DNA from: Gracilinanus agilis
Taxonomy: Eukaryota
NCBI RefSeq assembly: GCF_016433145.1
Contig: NC_058130.1
Location: forward strand, 88,195,331-88,259,330
Length of the DNA: 64,000 nucleotides
Direction: 5' to 3'
The position numbers and the translations under genes were made by a program. The notes beneath the pieces were generated by a model. The model had not been told where the DNA came from, searched no databases, and worked only from the letters and a program-made list of their open reading frames with translations. This document shows, piece by piece, positions 37,961 to 51,879 of the stretch (position 1 is its first letter; every line of letters begins with the position of its first letter).

Positions 37961-38589
37961 AGAGGGAAGGAATCCGAAACCTATGTCCACAATATCTTTG
38001 AATTTTGTATATAAAGCTAAAAATATCTTTATCAAAGAGTCTAGGTTCACATAAGGGCCACTAGGAGTAGCTAGCTCAAGAGAAAGCTCTATAATGTTTA
38101 ATAAAAACTAATAGAATTCAACTGACTGAAGCTATATCCTTTGCCAAATGTGCTCCAAGGGAAAGATACATTAACAGAATTCCACCCTAGAAAGCAGGTT
38201 GTGGCATCTCTCCAATTACACACAGGTAATAGAAATTTATATAGTGACCTAGTGTATCATATTAGGACAAAACTTCCTTCCTTGCAAGCTATCTGCTCAA
38301 GAGGTAACAGATGCTCTTAAACATTTTATGTAAATGAGATATTAGTTAATGCCTAGAATTCTGAATGTTCCCGTTTGTTTTATACCATCCATTCTCTTAG
38401 GTTAATATCTTCATCTAACTCTAACTCCTATCTCTAATTCTTCTTTTGAGGCAAAAAGAACAATAATGCAGCTATTTTTTCACTGAATACCAAATGAATT
38501 TCCAGCATGTTTGGACCACTTCACTGTTCTATGGAAAGTGTATTAGTATGCCTAACCTCATGATATATCTAACCTCAGATCTTTATATT

Positions 38590-39000
38590 TTTCATCATCT
38601 TTGCAATTTTGGAATAAGATGAAACTGAAGTCATTTATGCATTTATTATTTTATTTACATTTCCTTCATAGTAAATGACTTGAAGCATTTCTTCATGGTT
38701 ATTGAGAATTTGAATTTCTTCTTTGGAACACTGTTCATATCCTTTGCTCATGTATCTTCTGTGGAATGGCTTGTCATCTTTTAAATTTGTGTCAGTTGCC
38801 TATATATTTTGAAAATCAAACTTTTTCAGGGGTATTTGTTGCAAAGAAGTTTTCTCCCATTTGACAACTTTTCTCTTTCTAGATCCATTGATTTTATTTG
38901 TGCAAAAGCTTTTAAATATTTTGTAATCCAAACTATTTTGTCTTTTTTGATTGGTTATCTTTTGTAACCATATTTGTTAAAGGCATCTCCTTCCATAGTC
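38590..39000 (-). mobile_element. Old L1 ORF2 fragment
   Basis: Reverse complement has gcaaaggatatgaacag and aataaccatgaagaaatgcttcaagtca. Confidence 0.75.
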
Positions 39001-39424
39001 TTTGAATTTTTTTCATGATGAAGTGGGAAGACCTGATACCATTGGAGTTATCCTTCTCCCTCTGAATTTTACTCACCACCTACCCCAGCTCCAGGCCACC
39101 AACACTCCACCCATTTGGTTCAATTGCTCACACAACTTGGATGAAGTGAGAATCAGCAACTCTATTTCTTCCAGTAAGATGGTGGATCATCATACCTTAT
39201 CATTTGCCCTGCTTCCATTTCCTCCAGAACTCCTATCCTTGTCATCTGAGGTACTGAAGTTACTTGAGGATTCCTGGATCTTGCCATCCATTATACCATT
39301 ATGTCCTTAGAACTTTTTTTTAATCGATTATCTCTTTCAATTAGAATGTGAGTTTCTTGCCTGCTTTGATTTTTCTATTTGCATCCTCAGAATATACAGA
39401 ACAGCATTTGGTCCATGTTACTGT

Positions 39425-39665
39425 TGTTGTTCAAATATTTTCAGATAAATGTGACTCTTAGTGACCTATTTTGGGGTTTTCTTGGCAAAAGTACTGGAGT
39501 GACTTGTCATTTCCTTTCTAGCTCATTTTACAGATGAGGAAATTGAGGCAAAACAGGGTTAAATGACTTGTCCAGGGTCATGCAGTTAATAAATGTCTAA
39601 GATCTAATTTGAACTCAGGAAGAGGACTCTTCCTGACTTTGGGCTTGGCCACTGTACCACCTAGC
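39425..39665 (-). mobile_element. MAR1-type SINE
   Basis: ggggttttcttggcaaaagtactggagtgacttgtcatttcc plus CORE. Confidence 0.85.
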
Positions 39666-40599
39666 AGTCCTGTCTGGTCCATACTAAGCATTTAATAATT
39701 ATTCTTTCACTGATTCAATTAGTCATTTACTCATATGGTATGGTCTAAGTTCATTTTCTTTCATTTCCATTCATTTTCTTTCTTCATTCTTCCCCACCCC
39801 GCTCTTGGACACTGTGCTATCCTAACAGGATCTAACCTGAGTCTTGACATGCTCCATTGGGTCAAGTCGTTACTGCTATCATCTTTCTATCTCCCTCATC
39901 ATTTAGCACCCTATTCAGGCTGAATAAATATTAAGCAAAGACAGTTTGGGAGAGACTTGATCAAATTGAGAAAAAAAACTGTTGTGACTGCCTATCAGTT
40001 AATCAAGTCAACAAGTATTTAAGCACCTAATATAAGCCAGGATATCTGGGGAGACAATGAGAGGTAAAAACAGTCCCTGCCCTTGAGGAGTTCCTATAAT
40101 CCTCCTGTTTTTGTCCTCATGCAGTTACTGTGTTATGGATCGCAGGACCACAGAACTAGAAAGGACCTTAGAGACCATCCAATTTAGCCTCTCCATTTTA
40201 CAGAGGAGGTAACTAAGGCTCAGAGAAGGAAAAAGACTTTCCCAAGGTCACATATCTAATAAGCAGCAATTGGGATTTCATTCTAGGTTTACTGCTCAAA
40301 TGAGGTCTGTGGGCCCAAACAGAATAGGGTGCTGGGCAGGTATCTAGGACACAGGGGACATAATGAGATACTAATTAATATATTACTTTCATAAAAGCAT
40401 ATTTTTAAAACCAGAAAATCTGACCTTCCTGGCAAGTTCTTTTGTGATATATCAACTTCAAGGTGTCACAATGATGGCACAAAACCTCTAGCAGATAGTA
40501 ACAGTAACAGAGGGGACAACTTTCAAATTTGGTTAGTGTGCACAAACACTTTCTTAGGGAGTCTTCTGAAGGCATTGTTTCCTAATGGCATATAATAAT

Positions 40600-40830
40600 A
40601 ATAACAGCAATGATGGTAATAATAACTAACATTTATGTAGTACTTGTGTATTTGCAAAGAATTTTATAAATATTATCTCATTTGATCCTCACAACAACCT
40701 TGGGAGGTAGGCACCATTGTTATCATCATTTTATTGCTGAGGAAACTGAGGCAGACAGAGTTAAAATGTCTGAGGCTGCATTTGAAGACAGGTCTTCTGG
40801 GCTTGAAATCCAGCAACTCTTATCTATTGG
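40600..40830 (-). mobile_element. MIR SINE
   Basis: attatctcatttgatcctcacaacaaccttgggaggtagg. Confidence 0.8.
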
Positions 40831-41334
40831 GTTCCATGGCTGCTTTTACCTGGCAGATATTCCACATCTCTGGCACAAATATGGATCAATTGGCTGAGCA
40901 AAGTATGTTTAAGAGCTCTTCAAATGGTTATTAAACCCTTAGCATGTATAAGGCATTCTGCTAGATGTCAAGAATATGAAGACAAAAAAATGAGACAGTC
41001 GCTGCCCTCAAGGACCTTACCATCCTCTGGGGAGAGGGCATGGGGTGGGAATCCATTAGGATTCAGAAATGAAAACCATTTCTACTGGGGCTGGCCATGT
41101 TGTAGAATTGAAAGAGCCCTGGATTTGGGTCTAGACCAAGTTGTTTCAATTTAATACTTTATGTGGCACTTGTAGGACCAACCAATTAATCAATAAACAT
41201 TAATTAATTATTATTTATTTTGTGCAAGGCACTACAGGATATAAATAAACAGAACGAAGCCATCTCTACTTTCAAGAATCATACGACCATAGGTCTAGAA
41301 CTAGAAGAGACCTCAGAGACCACTAAGTCCAAGT

Positions 41335-41580
41335 CCCTTACTAGGCAGCTGGGGGTGCAGCAAAGACCTGAGTTAAAATCCAGACTCAGACATATACTAG
41401 TGGTATGACTATGGATAAGGCACTTAATTTCCTCTTAGCCTCTGTCTGTCTTTGTTTTCTCATCTGTAAAATGGGAATAAGAGCATCCATTTGTTGTAAG
41501 GATCAAAAGAGATAATATTTATTTGTAAAGCACTTCATACAGTGCTTGACACATAGTAGATGCTTAATAAATGCTTGTCC
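41335..41580 (+). mobile_element. MIR/CORE SINE with L2-like tail
   Basis: ttttctcatctgtaaaatgggaataa...gacacatagtagatgcttaataaatgc. Confidence 0.75.
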
Positions 41581-43304
41581 CTTTCTTGCCTTCTTATAGA
41601 TGAGGAAACTAAGGCCTTTGGGAGAGGTTAAGTGACTTGACTGCACAGGGAGAAAGAAGTGAGATTTTAAACCTCTTTCCAGTGTACCTTCTAACTAGCT
41701 CTTAGTCTACTCATCATGGAGGGGGTTAGATTTACTGCACAATCTCTAAAGTCTTTTTTAGGTTTGAATCCTGGGAGGATTTATGTCTTTAGATGACCTG
41801 AAATAACCCCAGATCTAAGACTCAATCTGTGTTAGTATTTTGCATTCTGTTGCAGAGTATGTTTTACAAAGGCATCTTGGAGAATGGCACTCCAGATTTG
41901 TGAGGGAAATGAGGTTGGCTCTGAAAAATAACCCTAAGCAACTGAGTTTGCTTCCTAGTGAATTCAGGCTCAGTGCTATTGAATGATTAAGTTTGTCTGT
42001 TGGCTACCAGCCACGGGACATTACAGACCTTATAGTCTGAGCTATTTCTATGTTCACTGGGTTTCCATAGAAATACAAATGAGCTAAAATTACTCCTTGT
42101 CACCTGAGCTACCTACATTTTAACAAACAATAACAACAAAACCTTAATAGAAGATGAACAGGAAATCAAAAGCACTGTTTGAGCTTCTTGGCATTTTTAT
42201 TAACTTAATGCCTGGACATGCCTGGTAGTCCTCATTTGTATGTTTGAAGTTGGGCATGAAGGAAGGGATGCAGGCTTCTTGGTGATGGAGGAACGAGGCA
42301 AGCTTACAATGAATGAAATGTGACAGGGCACATCGTTGTTATAAGAGCCCTCGACTTGTAAAGCAGCAGTGGCAGTGAGGGGCATGGACAGCTCTGTGGC
42401 TAGTGCTAAGCTAGATTGTATGATTAGCCCATTTCTAGACGGATGGATGTGGGAATTCACTCCCAATTGGAAGCTTACATCACTCTTCTCATTCACTGGT
42501 AAATGTTTCAGAGCTCACTGACAACAGTGCATTTCAGCTCACAAGTATAATGTACTGAGGGAAAGAGACAACTGAAGAGGGAACCACCATCTTTAAATTT
42601 CAACCCAATTGTTCATTTCATTCATAAAGGCTTCTTTCTCTAAAGTTCAACAGAAGGGAGGATTTAGTTCTTCTACAAATTATCTGCCACCTTTCTCATG
42701 TCTTCAAGATTCTGACTTCCTCTGTTCAAATCCTTCTAGGATGAATAACTAATGAACCTTTTTAACCTTTTCTCTAGGGAGACAACTCATTGCCATATTT
42801 AGTTGTATTCAAAATAATATTATAATTAATGTACACAAAGGCACTTATTTTTTTGTTCACCAGACATCTTATGATATGAAGGAGCAAAGTATCTAAATAG
42901 AAGCTGATCTAGAGATAACTTTCTGGTTCCATATCTACAACCAAAAAAAAAAAAAGATTTAAATGCCCTTGTAAGCGAAGAGGAATGCTGGCTAACCTTG
43001 TGGGATCTTCAAGTTCAACTCCTGGCAACACATATGGGAACCAGACCTCTGAGTCTCCTAGGACTGACTTGGACCATGGGTTATGGGCCCAAGTCAGGCC
43101 TAGAGTGCCCAGACTTACTAGGGAAGTTCTTTTTGCACTCTAGTAAAGTTGAAAATATGATTACTCATTGTAATTTCCTTTGACACAGGAATAAGTTAAT
43201 ATAACAGATGACTTGTAAATTAGGACTTCTTTCATGGTAAACTCGAACATTCAGTTTTGCTGTGGCATACTTTGGGAGGTTAAAGGGAAGATATATATTT
43301 TTAT

Positions 43305-43470
43305 TCCTTACTTTCTGTCTTAGTAACAACTCTAAGATAGAAGGGCAAGGACTAGGCAAACTAGCCTAAGTAACTTGCTCAGAGATACACAGCTAGGAAG
43401 TATTTGAAGCTATATTTGAATCTAGGTCATCCTGATTCCAGACCTAGTGCTCTATCCATTGAACCATCTA
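43305..43470 (-). mobile_element. Marsupial CORE SINE
   Basis: gatacacagctaggaagtatttgaagctatatttgaatctagg. Confidence 0.75.
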
Positions 43471-43513
43471 GTTGTTCCAGGAATATATCTTTTAGTACTT
43501 GATGACTTTAATG

Positions 43514-43720
43514 CAGGGGTTCTTAATTTGTTTTTGAGTTCTTAACCCTTTTGGTAGTCTGAAAAATCTATGGACCTCTTAGAATATTGTTTTTAAATAA
43601 TAAAAGGAAATGTTAAATTTCTGTTAGAGGTTAGTAAAAATAAAGGCACAATTTTTCCCCATCCAAATTCATAGACCATCTGAAATTTAAAGATCTATGG
43701 ACCCTAAGTTAAGAACTCTT
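43514..43720. mobile_element. Charlie-type non-autonomous DNA element
   Basis: Ends caggggttcttaa / ttaagaactcttg. Confidence 0.75.
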
Positions 43721-43824
43721 GCTTTAATGAGGTGGATGAGGTAAGAACAGTGAAAACTATGTTAGGAAATATGGTTCAGGGTCAAAATATGACAGAGGCC
43801 AAAGGTATATGGCTTACTCAATTA

Positions 43825-45420
43825 AATTCAACAAACCTATATAAGGCTCTTACTGTCTGCAAGGCCTCGTTCTAGGTACTAGGGAAATGAAAAATAAAAA
43901 GACCATTCCTGTCCTCAAGAAGCTTACATTTTATCCAGAGATGGCAGTCCCATATGAACACAAGTAAGTATATTACAGTCCTGAGAGTAATGGGGACTAA
44001 GGAGGGAGGCAGAAAAAATGTTTTAGGAAGATTTGATGGGAAGAGGAAACTTTAAGCTTGAAGGCTAAGGGAAGGCCACTTACAAGAGAAGGTAATGGAG
44101 CTGAAGACTGAAGGAAGGAGAAAAGGATTCAGAAAGGCAGAGAGGAGAAATTCTAGGAAGCGAATGTGAAATAGGAGGGCATTTAGAGAATAGGAGACAA
44201 ACAGTGCAAAGCTGTGGAAGGGATATTTGAGAAATAACAAGAAGATTCATTCGGTTGGATCATAATGTGTGGGAATGGGAGTAATGCATAAGTTTGGAAA
44301 GGTGGATTGGAATTAGGTCATGAATGACTTTAAAAACTAAACTAAGGGACCTCTAATTGACCCTAGAGTCAATAGAGTCATTAGAATTTATTGAGTAGGG
44401 AAGTGACATGGTCAAATCTGCACTTTAGGAAAATAGGACCAAGACTGGGGAGGGAGGAAAGTGAGGGAAGTGCCGGCCTGGGGGATGGTGTATGTGAGTA
44501 CTGAAGATGGAGATATTGAAAGTCCCTGTGAAGATGAGGCATATATCTAGAGAAAGAGGGAAAAGGAGAGAGAGAGAATGATAAAAGCCTATGGTCTAAT
44601 AAAGGTATTTCAGAGTTTTTGAGGACTGAAATGGAATACTTGTAGATGACAGTGAGATCATGGGTGTACCAGAAATGGGATAGGAGGTTAGGTCTTAGGA
44701 GTGAAGGAGATTAAAGGATTGGAAGGTAATGATGTTCGAGGGGACATCAACATCTGTGTTGAAGTCCCCTAGTATGGTGGAAGGATTTGGAGTGGAGATG
44801 AAAATTGTTCCCTAAATACTAAATTCTTTAAAGAAGGAAGGGAGGATTTCTTAGGGATTGAAGGAAAATGACTACTAGAATCTTAATTAGGTAATAAATT
44901 TGAATTATATAAACATCAAAGAAGGAGAGTCTGGAGAATAATGGAGAATAAAAGCTATCTTCTGTGGAAGAGGCCATAGAGATCAAGTAAGTATTCATAT
45001 TTCCTTTCCAGGACCAGTTTACCTAAGGAAAAGTATGATAAAAAGTGAATCCAGTGCTGGAGAGTGTGGCTGGGGCTTCAGTCTTATCTTAGGGAAGCCA
45101 TATTTCTGTGAGTCCAAGGAGATGGAACTAGCCTGAGAGGAAAGTGCTGAACATGAGGAGTTTGTTACATAAAGAATGGGAGTTCTAGAGTGCAAAGAAG
45201 AAAGGGAGGCAGAGAGGATATAATGGTACATGGGAGCAGGAAGCCTGAGGTGACCGAGAAGTGGGGAGTTGAAGAGTGCATCACACTATGCAGCTAATGA
45301 TTCACCATCACAGGGGTGAGGAGAGGAAGAAGTGATGATTGTGTTTGTGTTAGTCATGGAGGCTGAGCCCACGTAGAGAGCACCTGTGGCCCTCCTTGTA
45401 CTCAGTGGTCTCTGCTAGGG
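43825..45420 (-). mobile_element. L2 (3' end plus internal pieces extending into the endonuclease N-terminus)
   Basis: L2 tail at 43825; purine-rich L2 antisense body; translation ILYVTNSSCSALSSQASSISLDSQKYGFP resembles the L2 EN start. Confidence 0.7.
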
Positions 45421-45859
45421 AAGGAAAGAAAGTCTGAACCTCAGTACTGCCTCTTAGAGTATCAGTTCCACGCTGCAGAAGTCTAGGCAGAGTGGTGAAG
45501 ACTTCTCAATAGCCTGCTCTGACCCTAGATGGAGGAGTGAGAGCCAATGATAAACTGTGGATAGTAAACATGCTCCACTAGTATCCACAGAGTGTCAAGA
45601 GATCTAAAGGAAGACCCTACCATATTGGGGAGACTCTGAGTAGAGGGTTCATACAAGAGCATGAACAGAAGTTCAAGATAAGGAGAAAACATTATTAGAT
45701 GTATGTCAAACATACATCTCAATTCAATACATTCAAAAAAGAACACATTATCTTCTCCTTGACTCAAAACTCAGCTGTACTTGTGAACTTTCTTATTTTC
45801 TTTCCAGAATACCACTATCCTTCTAGTCATCTTTTTCACAATCTTGATATTACCCTCGG

Positions 45860-46110
45860 CTCTTACACAGGTAGGTGGCACAGTAGATAGAGTACTGGGT
45901 CTAGCGTTAGGAAGACCTGAGTTCAAATCCAACTTCAGATACTAGATGTGTGATTTGGGCAAATCATTAAACTCCATTTGTCTCTCTTTTCTCAATAGTA
46001 AAATAAGGACAATTATAGCACTTCCCTCCAGGGTTGTTGAGGATGGAATGAAATAATATTTGCAAAGCATATAGTACAGTGCTTGACACACTGTAAGTGC
46101 TTATTAAGTG
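45860..46110 (+). mobile_element. MIR SINE
   Basis: gaagacctgagttcaaatccaacttcagatactag...gtgcttattaagtgc. Confidence 0.8.
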
Positions 46111-46774
46111 CTTGGTTTTTTTTCCTTATTTCCTCCACATTTTCTCTTACCCCATATACCCAGTCAATTGCCACATTTTGCTATTTCTACCTCCACAACA
46201 TCTTTTCTATCTTTCCCCTTCTTTTTATTCACACAGCCAGCTCACCCATCCCGGTTCAGGTCACCACATTTTTCAATAGCTTCCTAATTGATCTCCTCAT
46301 CTCAAATATTTCCTTATACAAATTCATTCTCCACACAGCTGCCAAAATGATTTTCCGTAAGTAAAGTTCTGACCACACCAATCCTCTGTTAAACAAACTC
46401 TGATAGCTTCCTACTGGCATTAGAATCAAATGACAGGTTCATTAATTTTTAAAATTTCATTTTCTGCACCTTATTCTAAAAAGATTTTTTCCTTCATTCT
46501 CTTCATTATTTTTTCTTCTCTTTCTGTCTCTTCTAGGCTTTTATTTCTTGGTGCATGACTTTGATACTTATTCTAATCTTCATTTTCTGTATTCTTGATG
46601 GAATTAAAACTTTTGCGGTACCTAGTTTGAGTCCCTTCTTCTAAAGAGTTTCTGCAATTGTCTTGTAGATCTCACTTTTAGAAACATTAATTTCTCGAAT
46701 GATAGGATATTGTGAGGTAGAAATCTTTTTATGTCTTTGATTAAGCTGTTCATTATTTTTTAAAACTTGGTTAC

Positions 46775-46958
46775 TTTCCATCTTAGAATCAATATTGTAT
46801 ATTGATTCCAATGCAGAAGGGTGGTAATGGCTAGGCAATGGGGGTTAAGTGACTTGCCAAGGGTTTCCCAGCTAGGAAGTGTCTGAGGCCAGATTTGAAT
46901 CTAGGACCTCCTATCTCTAGGCCTGGCTCTCAATCTACTGAGCCACTCAGCTTGCCAC
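46775..46958 (-). mobile_element. SINE1_Mdo-like SINE
   Basis: gctaggaagtgtctgaggccagatttgaatctaggacctcc. Confidence 0.88.
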
Positions 46959-47276
46959 ATGCAGTTCATTATTGATCTCTGTCTTTCCTTTGGTCTTTCT
47001 CAGCCCTTCCCCATCTGTTTCAAAACTTCTTCTCAGGTTCTCTGGTTCTGTGCCCTCCCACTTCTCTGGGTCTTGGTTTCTCTCAGGAGCACTGATTCTC
47101 CTTCTACTGAGGCAAAATGATGGTCTCTCTAAGCACTTAATCCCTGTGAATAGTGACCATTGTAAGACCCTTCCTTTCTCTTCCCTTTATAGGAGTCTAA
47201 TCTCTCTTCTGTAGGATCATTCATCTGTGGTACCCCTCCAACACTGAAACAAAGTTTCCCCTTTTCTTTCTCCCCT

Positions 47277-47475
47277 TTTTTTAAAACCCTTACCTTCTGT
47301 CTTGGAGTCAATACTGTGTATTGGCTCCAAGGCAGAAGAGTGGTAAGGGTAGGCAATGGGGGCCAAGTGACTTGCCCAGGGTCACACAGCTGGGAAGTGT
47401 CTGAGGCCAGATTTGAACCTAGGACCTCCCGTCTCTAGGTCTGGTTCTCAATCCACTGAGCTACCCAGCTGCCCC
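47277..47475 (-). mobile_element. Young full-length SINE1_Mdo
   Basis: Near-consensus head, CORE and tail; TSD tctttctccccttt on both sides. Confidence 0.95.
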
Positions 47476-48103
47476 CTCTTTCTCCCCTTTTAAATCACTC
47501 CCTTTGCCTCTTTGCTCATTCTCCTATATGTTCTTCTCTTCCTAAGAGACTACAGAAGTTATTTTCTCCTCATCGTTAGAATTTGATTTGATTAAAGTAA
47601 ATCACATATTTCCATCTATCCTCTTTCTCTCCCATCCCTTTTCTGCATCCACCCATTTTGTAATTTAATTCTCCCCTCAAAACACACTCACACACACACA
47701 ACTACATTGATTAATTTGTAGGCAGGGCATAGTGAGTTTACTCCATGATATTTTAGGTCCGTTTCTCCAACATTACTTATATTTTACTTATGCTTTCTTG
47801 CTGGTCTCCTAATATATACATTTTCCAAAAAAAAATCTTTTAATAGTCTCTCTCTTGTTATTTTGCTGTTGTTGTTGTCCCTGGTTGCTGTATTTGTTTA
47901 CCCTTTTTGGACTTCTATTGTTAGGGGTGTTTAAGAAGCAAATAATTTTTTCAGTTCTAGTTTTCTTTATAGTAATATTTTGAATGTATGTTTTATTGGA
48001 TATCTAATTTGTTTGGTTAAATGTAGTTTTGCAGGGCAGGTTACTTTGGATTGCATCTTGAACTGCTTTTCTCTTTGGAACACATTATTCCAATCTCTTC
48101 TGT

Positions 48104-48107
<4 letters not shown>

Positions 48108-48143
<36 letters not shown>
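48108..48143. repeat. (GT)n microsatellite
   Basis: About 17 GT units. Confidence 0.95.
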
Positions 48144-48144
<1 letters not shown>

Positions 48145-49631
48145 ATGCGTGCACGTGCCAAATAGTACTGTGCCACTTGAACTTCCTTTTCTTTTCTTTA
48201 TATTTGAAAGTCTTCTTCCTGATCACTCACACAAATTGTTTTTTGTCAGTGAAACTGTTAAATTTAACCACTGTATGTTTTGGAGTTTTCAATATTTTTT
48301 TTCCTGTATGTAGTCTGTGGGTTCTTCTGTTTGGCACTTTGTTTTCTTTCTTCAGAAGTTCTGGGCAGTTTTCTTGTATTATTTATTGCATTATGATATT
48401 CAGGTTTTTTGACTTGTGTTCTTCAGGAAGAACTATAATCTTTAAATTGTCTCTATGCATCCCCTTTGAGATCAATGTGTTTTGCTTGTGTGGAGAACAT
48501 GCTTTATTTTGATGTAATTGTTTTTGCTTCTCTTCCAGATTGTCCTTTACTTCCACCTATATGCAGTCCTAATTTTCTCTTTTTCTTCTTTGGTGAGACT
48601 TGCCACTTGAGATATAAGGTTGTTTTTTAAAAAATTCTGACAATTATTTCTGCTGTGCAGAACATATATTCTGCTTTCACAAATCCTATTTTTCTTTTAA
48701 ACCATTCAAGAACAACTTTCCATGCTTCCATGCTTTCTTGAAAATCCTCTACCTCATGAGGTGTGATTAATTTTCTCTATCTTATAATATTTATTCATAT
48801 GTGTCAACTTTTTTTGGAGGGGGGAATTTGTTTGCCCTTTTGTTATTAATATTTTCTTTGCCAGTTTTTTGCATATACTCAAGCTCTTTATTTGTTTTTT
48901 TTTCTCCTCCTAATATATTTGGCAATTTTAGGGTTTTTCCCCCCTTTGTTTTCCCCTATTGCTCACTTTCTGACTTCCTTCCTTTTAGTGACAGTTTCCC
49001 TGAGGGCTGGATCTCAAAGTTGCCTCAGTCTCCTCCGATGCTGGGAAATTCATGGCTCACTAGCCAAGGACTCTTACCTATGATTTTTAGGGTAAAGAAC
49101 TGTTTCCAGCTAGATTCTGGACTCTTTCCCTAAGGCTTAGTGGAGTGCCACACTATACTCTATTCCCCCCATATGTCTTGACCCAGTTCCTTCTGTTTTT
49201 CAGTTGTCTGGCTGAGAATTATTGTGATACAGAACACTACCATTTTTTGCTTCTTTCACAACCTGAACAAATTTCTGCCATTTCTCTGGCACTGGGAAGA
49301 GGGTGGATTGAGATACAGAATTGTGTTCTACTGCAATTGTGTGGATGAACCTATATAGCCCAGCTGCCAGGCCCAAGATGGCCAGAGAGGGTAGTAAGGA
49401 GGTGTAAGGGATTAGCTTTTCTTGTCATTAGTTTTTACCTTATTTGGTTCTTGCTGTCCTAGACTATGGAGAGAGTTGAAGATTCTGGTACATAATTTCT
49501 ATTTTGGAGATGTTTGAGAAGTTATGAGGGCAGGAGAAAATAGGTCAAATATATTGAAATATAGAATTATTCTTATCAGAATATTTAAAAAACATACTTA
49601 TAGCCTCCTACACTAAGAATGCATGTCATGT

Positions 49632-49830
49632 GGGGGCAGCTAAGAGGCTCAGTGACTTGAGAACCAGGTCTAGAAATGGGAGGTCCTGGGTTCAAATATG
49701 GCCTCAGATATTTTCCAGCTCTGTGACCCTGGGCAAGTCACTTAACCCCCATTGCCTAGCCCTTGCTGCTTTTCTTTGAAACCAATACAAAGTATTGATT
49801 CTAAGTCCAAAGGTAAGAGTTTTTAAAAAA
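49632..49830 (+). mobile_element. SINE1_Mdo-like SINE
   Basis: gggggcagctaagaggctcagtg...aaggtaagagtttt. Confidence 0.88.
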
Positions 49831-50190
49831 AGTGAAGTCATCTTATTCTTTGAGATCATTGCTTTGCTTACTAGATATTGCCTAACCATCCTTAAATAGT
49901 CCATTCTAAAATTCTTACAAGAATTGAGTTAAGCTCAGTAACCTATAACATAAAGACTCTATTCTCTTCCCTTTTTTGAAAACCAGGGTACTATTTGCTT
50001 TTTTTCACCTCTATGGTACCTCTCCCAGGACATTCCAAAAACCAATGAGAATGCCTCAGCAATCATACCTGTCACTTCTTTCAGGTCCTGAGGATGTAGT
50101 TCATTTTGAATAGGTGATTTGAATTCATTTAGGGCAACTGGGTACTCCTTTACTATTTCCTTACTTATCTTCTTTTTAAAAAAATGTACT

Positions 50191-50544
50191 ATTGAACATA
50201 ATGGACTTCTCTACTAGCAGCAATGCAAGGATCCAGAGCGAGGCTCAGGGACTTATGAGAAAGAAAACTAGCCACATTCAGAGGAAGAACTGTGGGAGGA
50301 GAAACACAGAAGAAAAACAATTGCTTGAACACATGGGCAGATGGGGTTATTATTGGGGATGTAGACACTAAATGATAACTCTAGTCCAACTATCAATAAT
50401 ATGGAATTAGGTCTTGATCAATGATACGTGTAAAACCCAGTGGAATTGTGCATTGGCTAAGGGGGGTTAGAGGGGCTTGGGGGAAAGGGAAAGAATGCGA
50501 AACATCTAACTAGGAGAAAATATTCAAAATAAAAATAAAAAAAT
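50191..50544 (+). mobile_element. 5'-truncated L1 3'UTR inserted into a SINE tail
   Basis: A-rich tail; TSD aaaaaaatgtact (50178-50190 and 50545-50557); the SINE body resumes at about 50558-50695. Confidence 0.88.
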
Positions 50545-50989
50545 AAAAAAATGTACTTTCTGTCTTAGAATCAATACAAAATATTGGGTTAAGTGACTTG
50601 CCCAGAGTCACACAGCTAGGAAGTGTCTGAGGTAAAATTTGAACCCAGGACCTCTTGATTTCAGGTCTTACTATCTTTTGAGTCACGTAGCTTTCCTCTT
50701 ATTTATCTTCTAAATCAATTTCCTGTTATCCCTTTTTGTTCTTTCATTTCCAGTCAAAAGATCATTCTCTTTGGCAGAGAAAACTGAATCAATGTAGGAA
50801 TGAAGCACCAAGATTTTTTTTTTTTTCTATTGGTCATCTTTGTTCCATCTCTCTTAGCAACAGTTCTGAGCTTTCTATGATCCTCCTCTCTCCCCAAGAG
50901 TTACTTCCCCATAGTGAAAAACAAAGAGGAAGCATTCATTAAGTGCTTGTTAGATACCAGGCAATGTGTTGTGTAGGGGTTACAAAGAA

Positions 50990-51800
50990 AAGCAAAAATA
51001 CCTTTTTTGTTGCCTTTGGTTTTCTTCACCAACTCTAGTCAATTCTGAGATTCCACACTCCAGTTCTATATGAGCCATGCTTATTTATATTTTGCCCATT
51101 CTCAGTCTTTGCTTCTAATCTCTTTGAAATCCTAATTGGTTGGTGAGTTCCCTGTGCATCCATATGAGTTTCCTTAGAGAATTTTACTTTTTCTTATCAG
51201 AATTATTTCTTTTTCTGTGTTTATAATTTCATTCCCAAGAGTTTCCAATCTCTTTTGGTCTGACTTTTCTTGTAGAATTTTAGTCCACAAAATCCTTCGT
51301 CTGATTTTTAAATAGTCAGTGTGCATATTAGTCCAGCTTCTTGTTCTCCATCAAAGACTCTAAGAGGGAATTACCCCCAAGGGTTTTGTGGTTTGTACCA
51401 CAGGAATCAGTTTACCATTTTGGTGAGCATCAGATCTCCTTTGTTCCTTTACCTTTTGAAGGATGAAGTCAGCATTAAGGCTCCTTAATAAATTCTTAGA
51501 TGTCTACATTTGGTAGAGGGGGAGCTCCAGGAGATGTTCAGATAATTGCGATCCCTCATTACTACTATATGATACCTCTTTACCAAGGCTGTGATTTGTT
51601 TTCCAAAATCTCCATTTTTATTTTTGTCTCAGCGGTCTATTGTATTCTGGTGAAAATATCTCTTGTTTCTCTCTCCATTGATCTTTATTCAAACATCTCC
51701 TCCTTTCCCTATTGGATTCTGTATTTTTTATATGAGTATTGAGGATACATGCTCAAAAAGGTTTATTGATAGGAGTAGACAATCAAAAGTATATAGACCA
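50990..51800 (-). mobile_element. CR1/L3 LINE ORF2 endonuclease remnant
   Basis: Minus strand has aatagaccgctgagacaa (RP..Q) and gtagtaatgagggatcgcaattatctgaacatctcctgg (VVM.D.NY..ISW, cf. MGDFNYPDICW). Confidence 0.7.
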
Positions 51801-51879
51801 TTGCTGTAGATAAACATGGATCTATTAAAAGCCTTTTAGAAGACACATAATTTGAAATTTTACACTACTAAGATTTATT

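Larger units (their letters stand above)
46430..49440 (-). mobile_element. Old L1 5' half (ORF1 and start of ORF2), broken by two SINEs and a (GT)n repeat
   Basis: ORF1 C-terminal RRDWNNVFQREKQFKMQSKVTCPAKL; degraded ORF2-like sequence at 46430-46790. Confidence 0.7.

Noticed and set aside
48051-48512. 153-aa hydrophobic ORF and overlapping ORFs
   Set aside because: Antisense of L1 ORF1 plus the (GT)n microsatellite.
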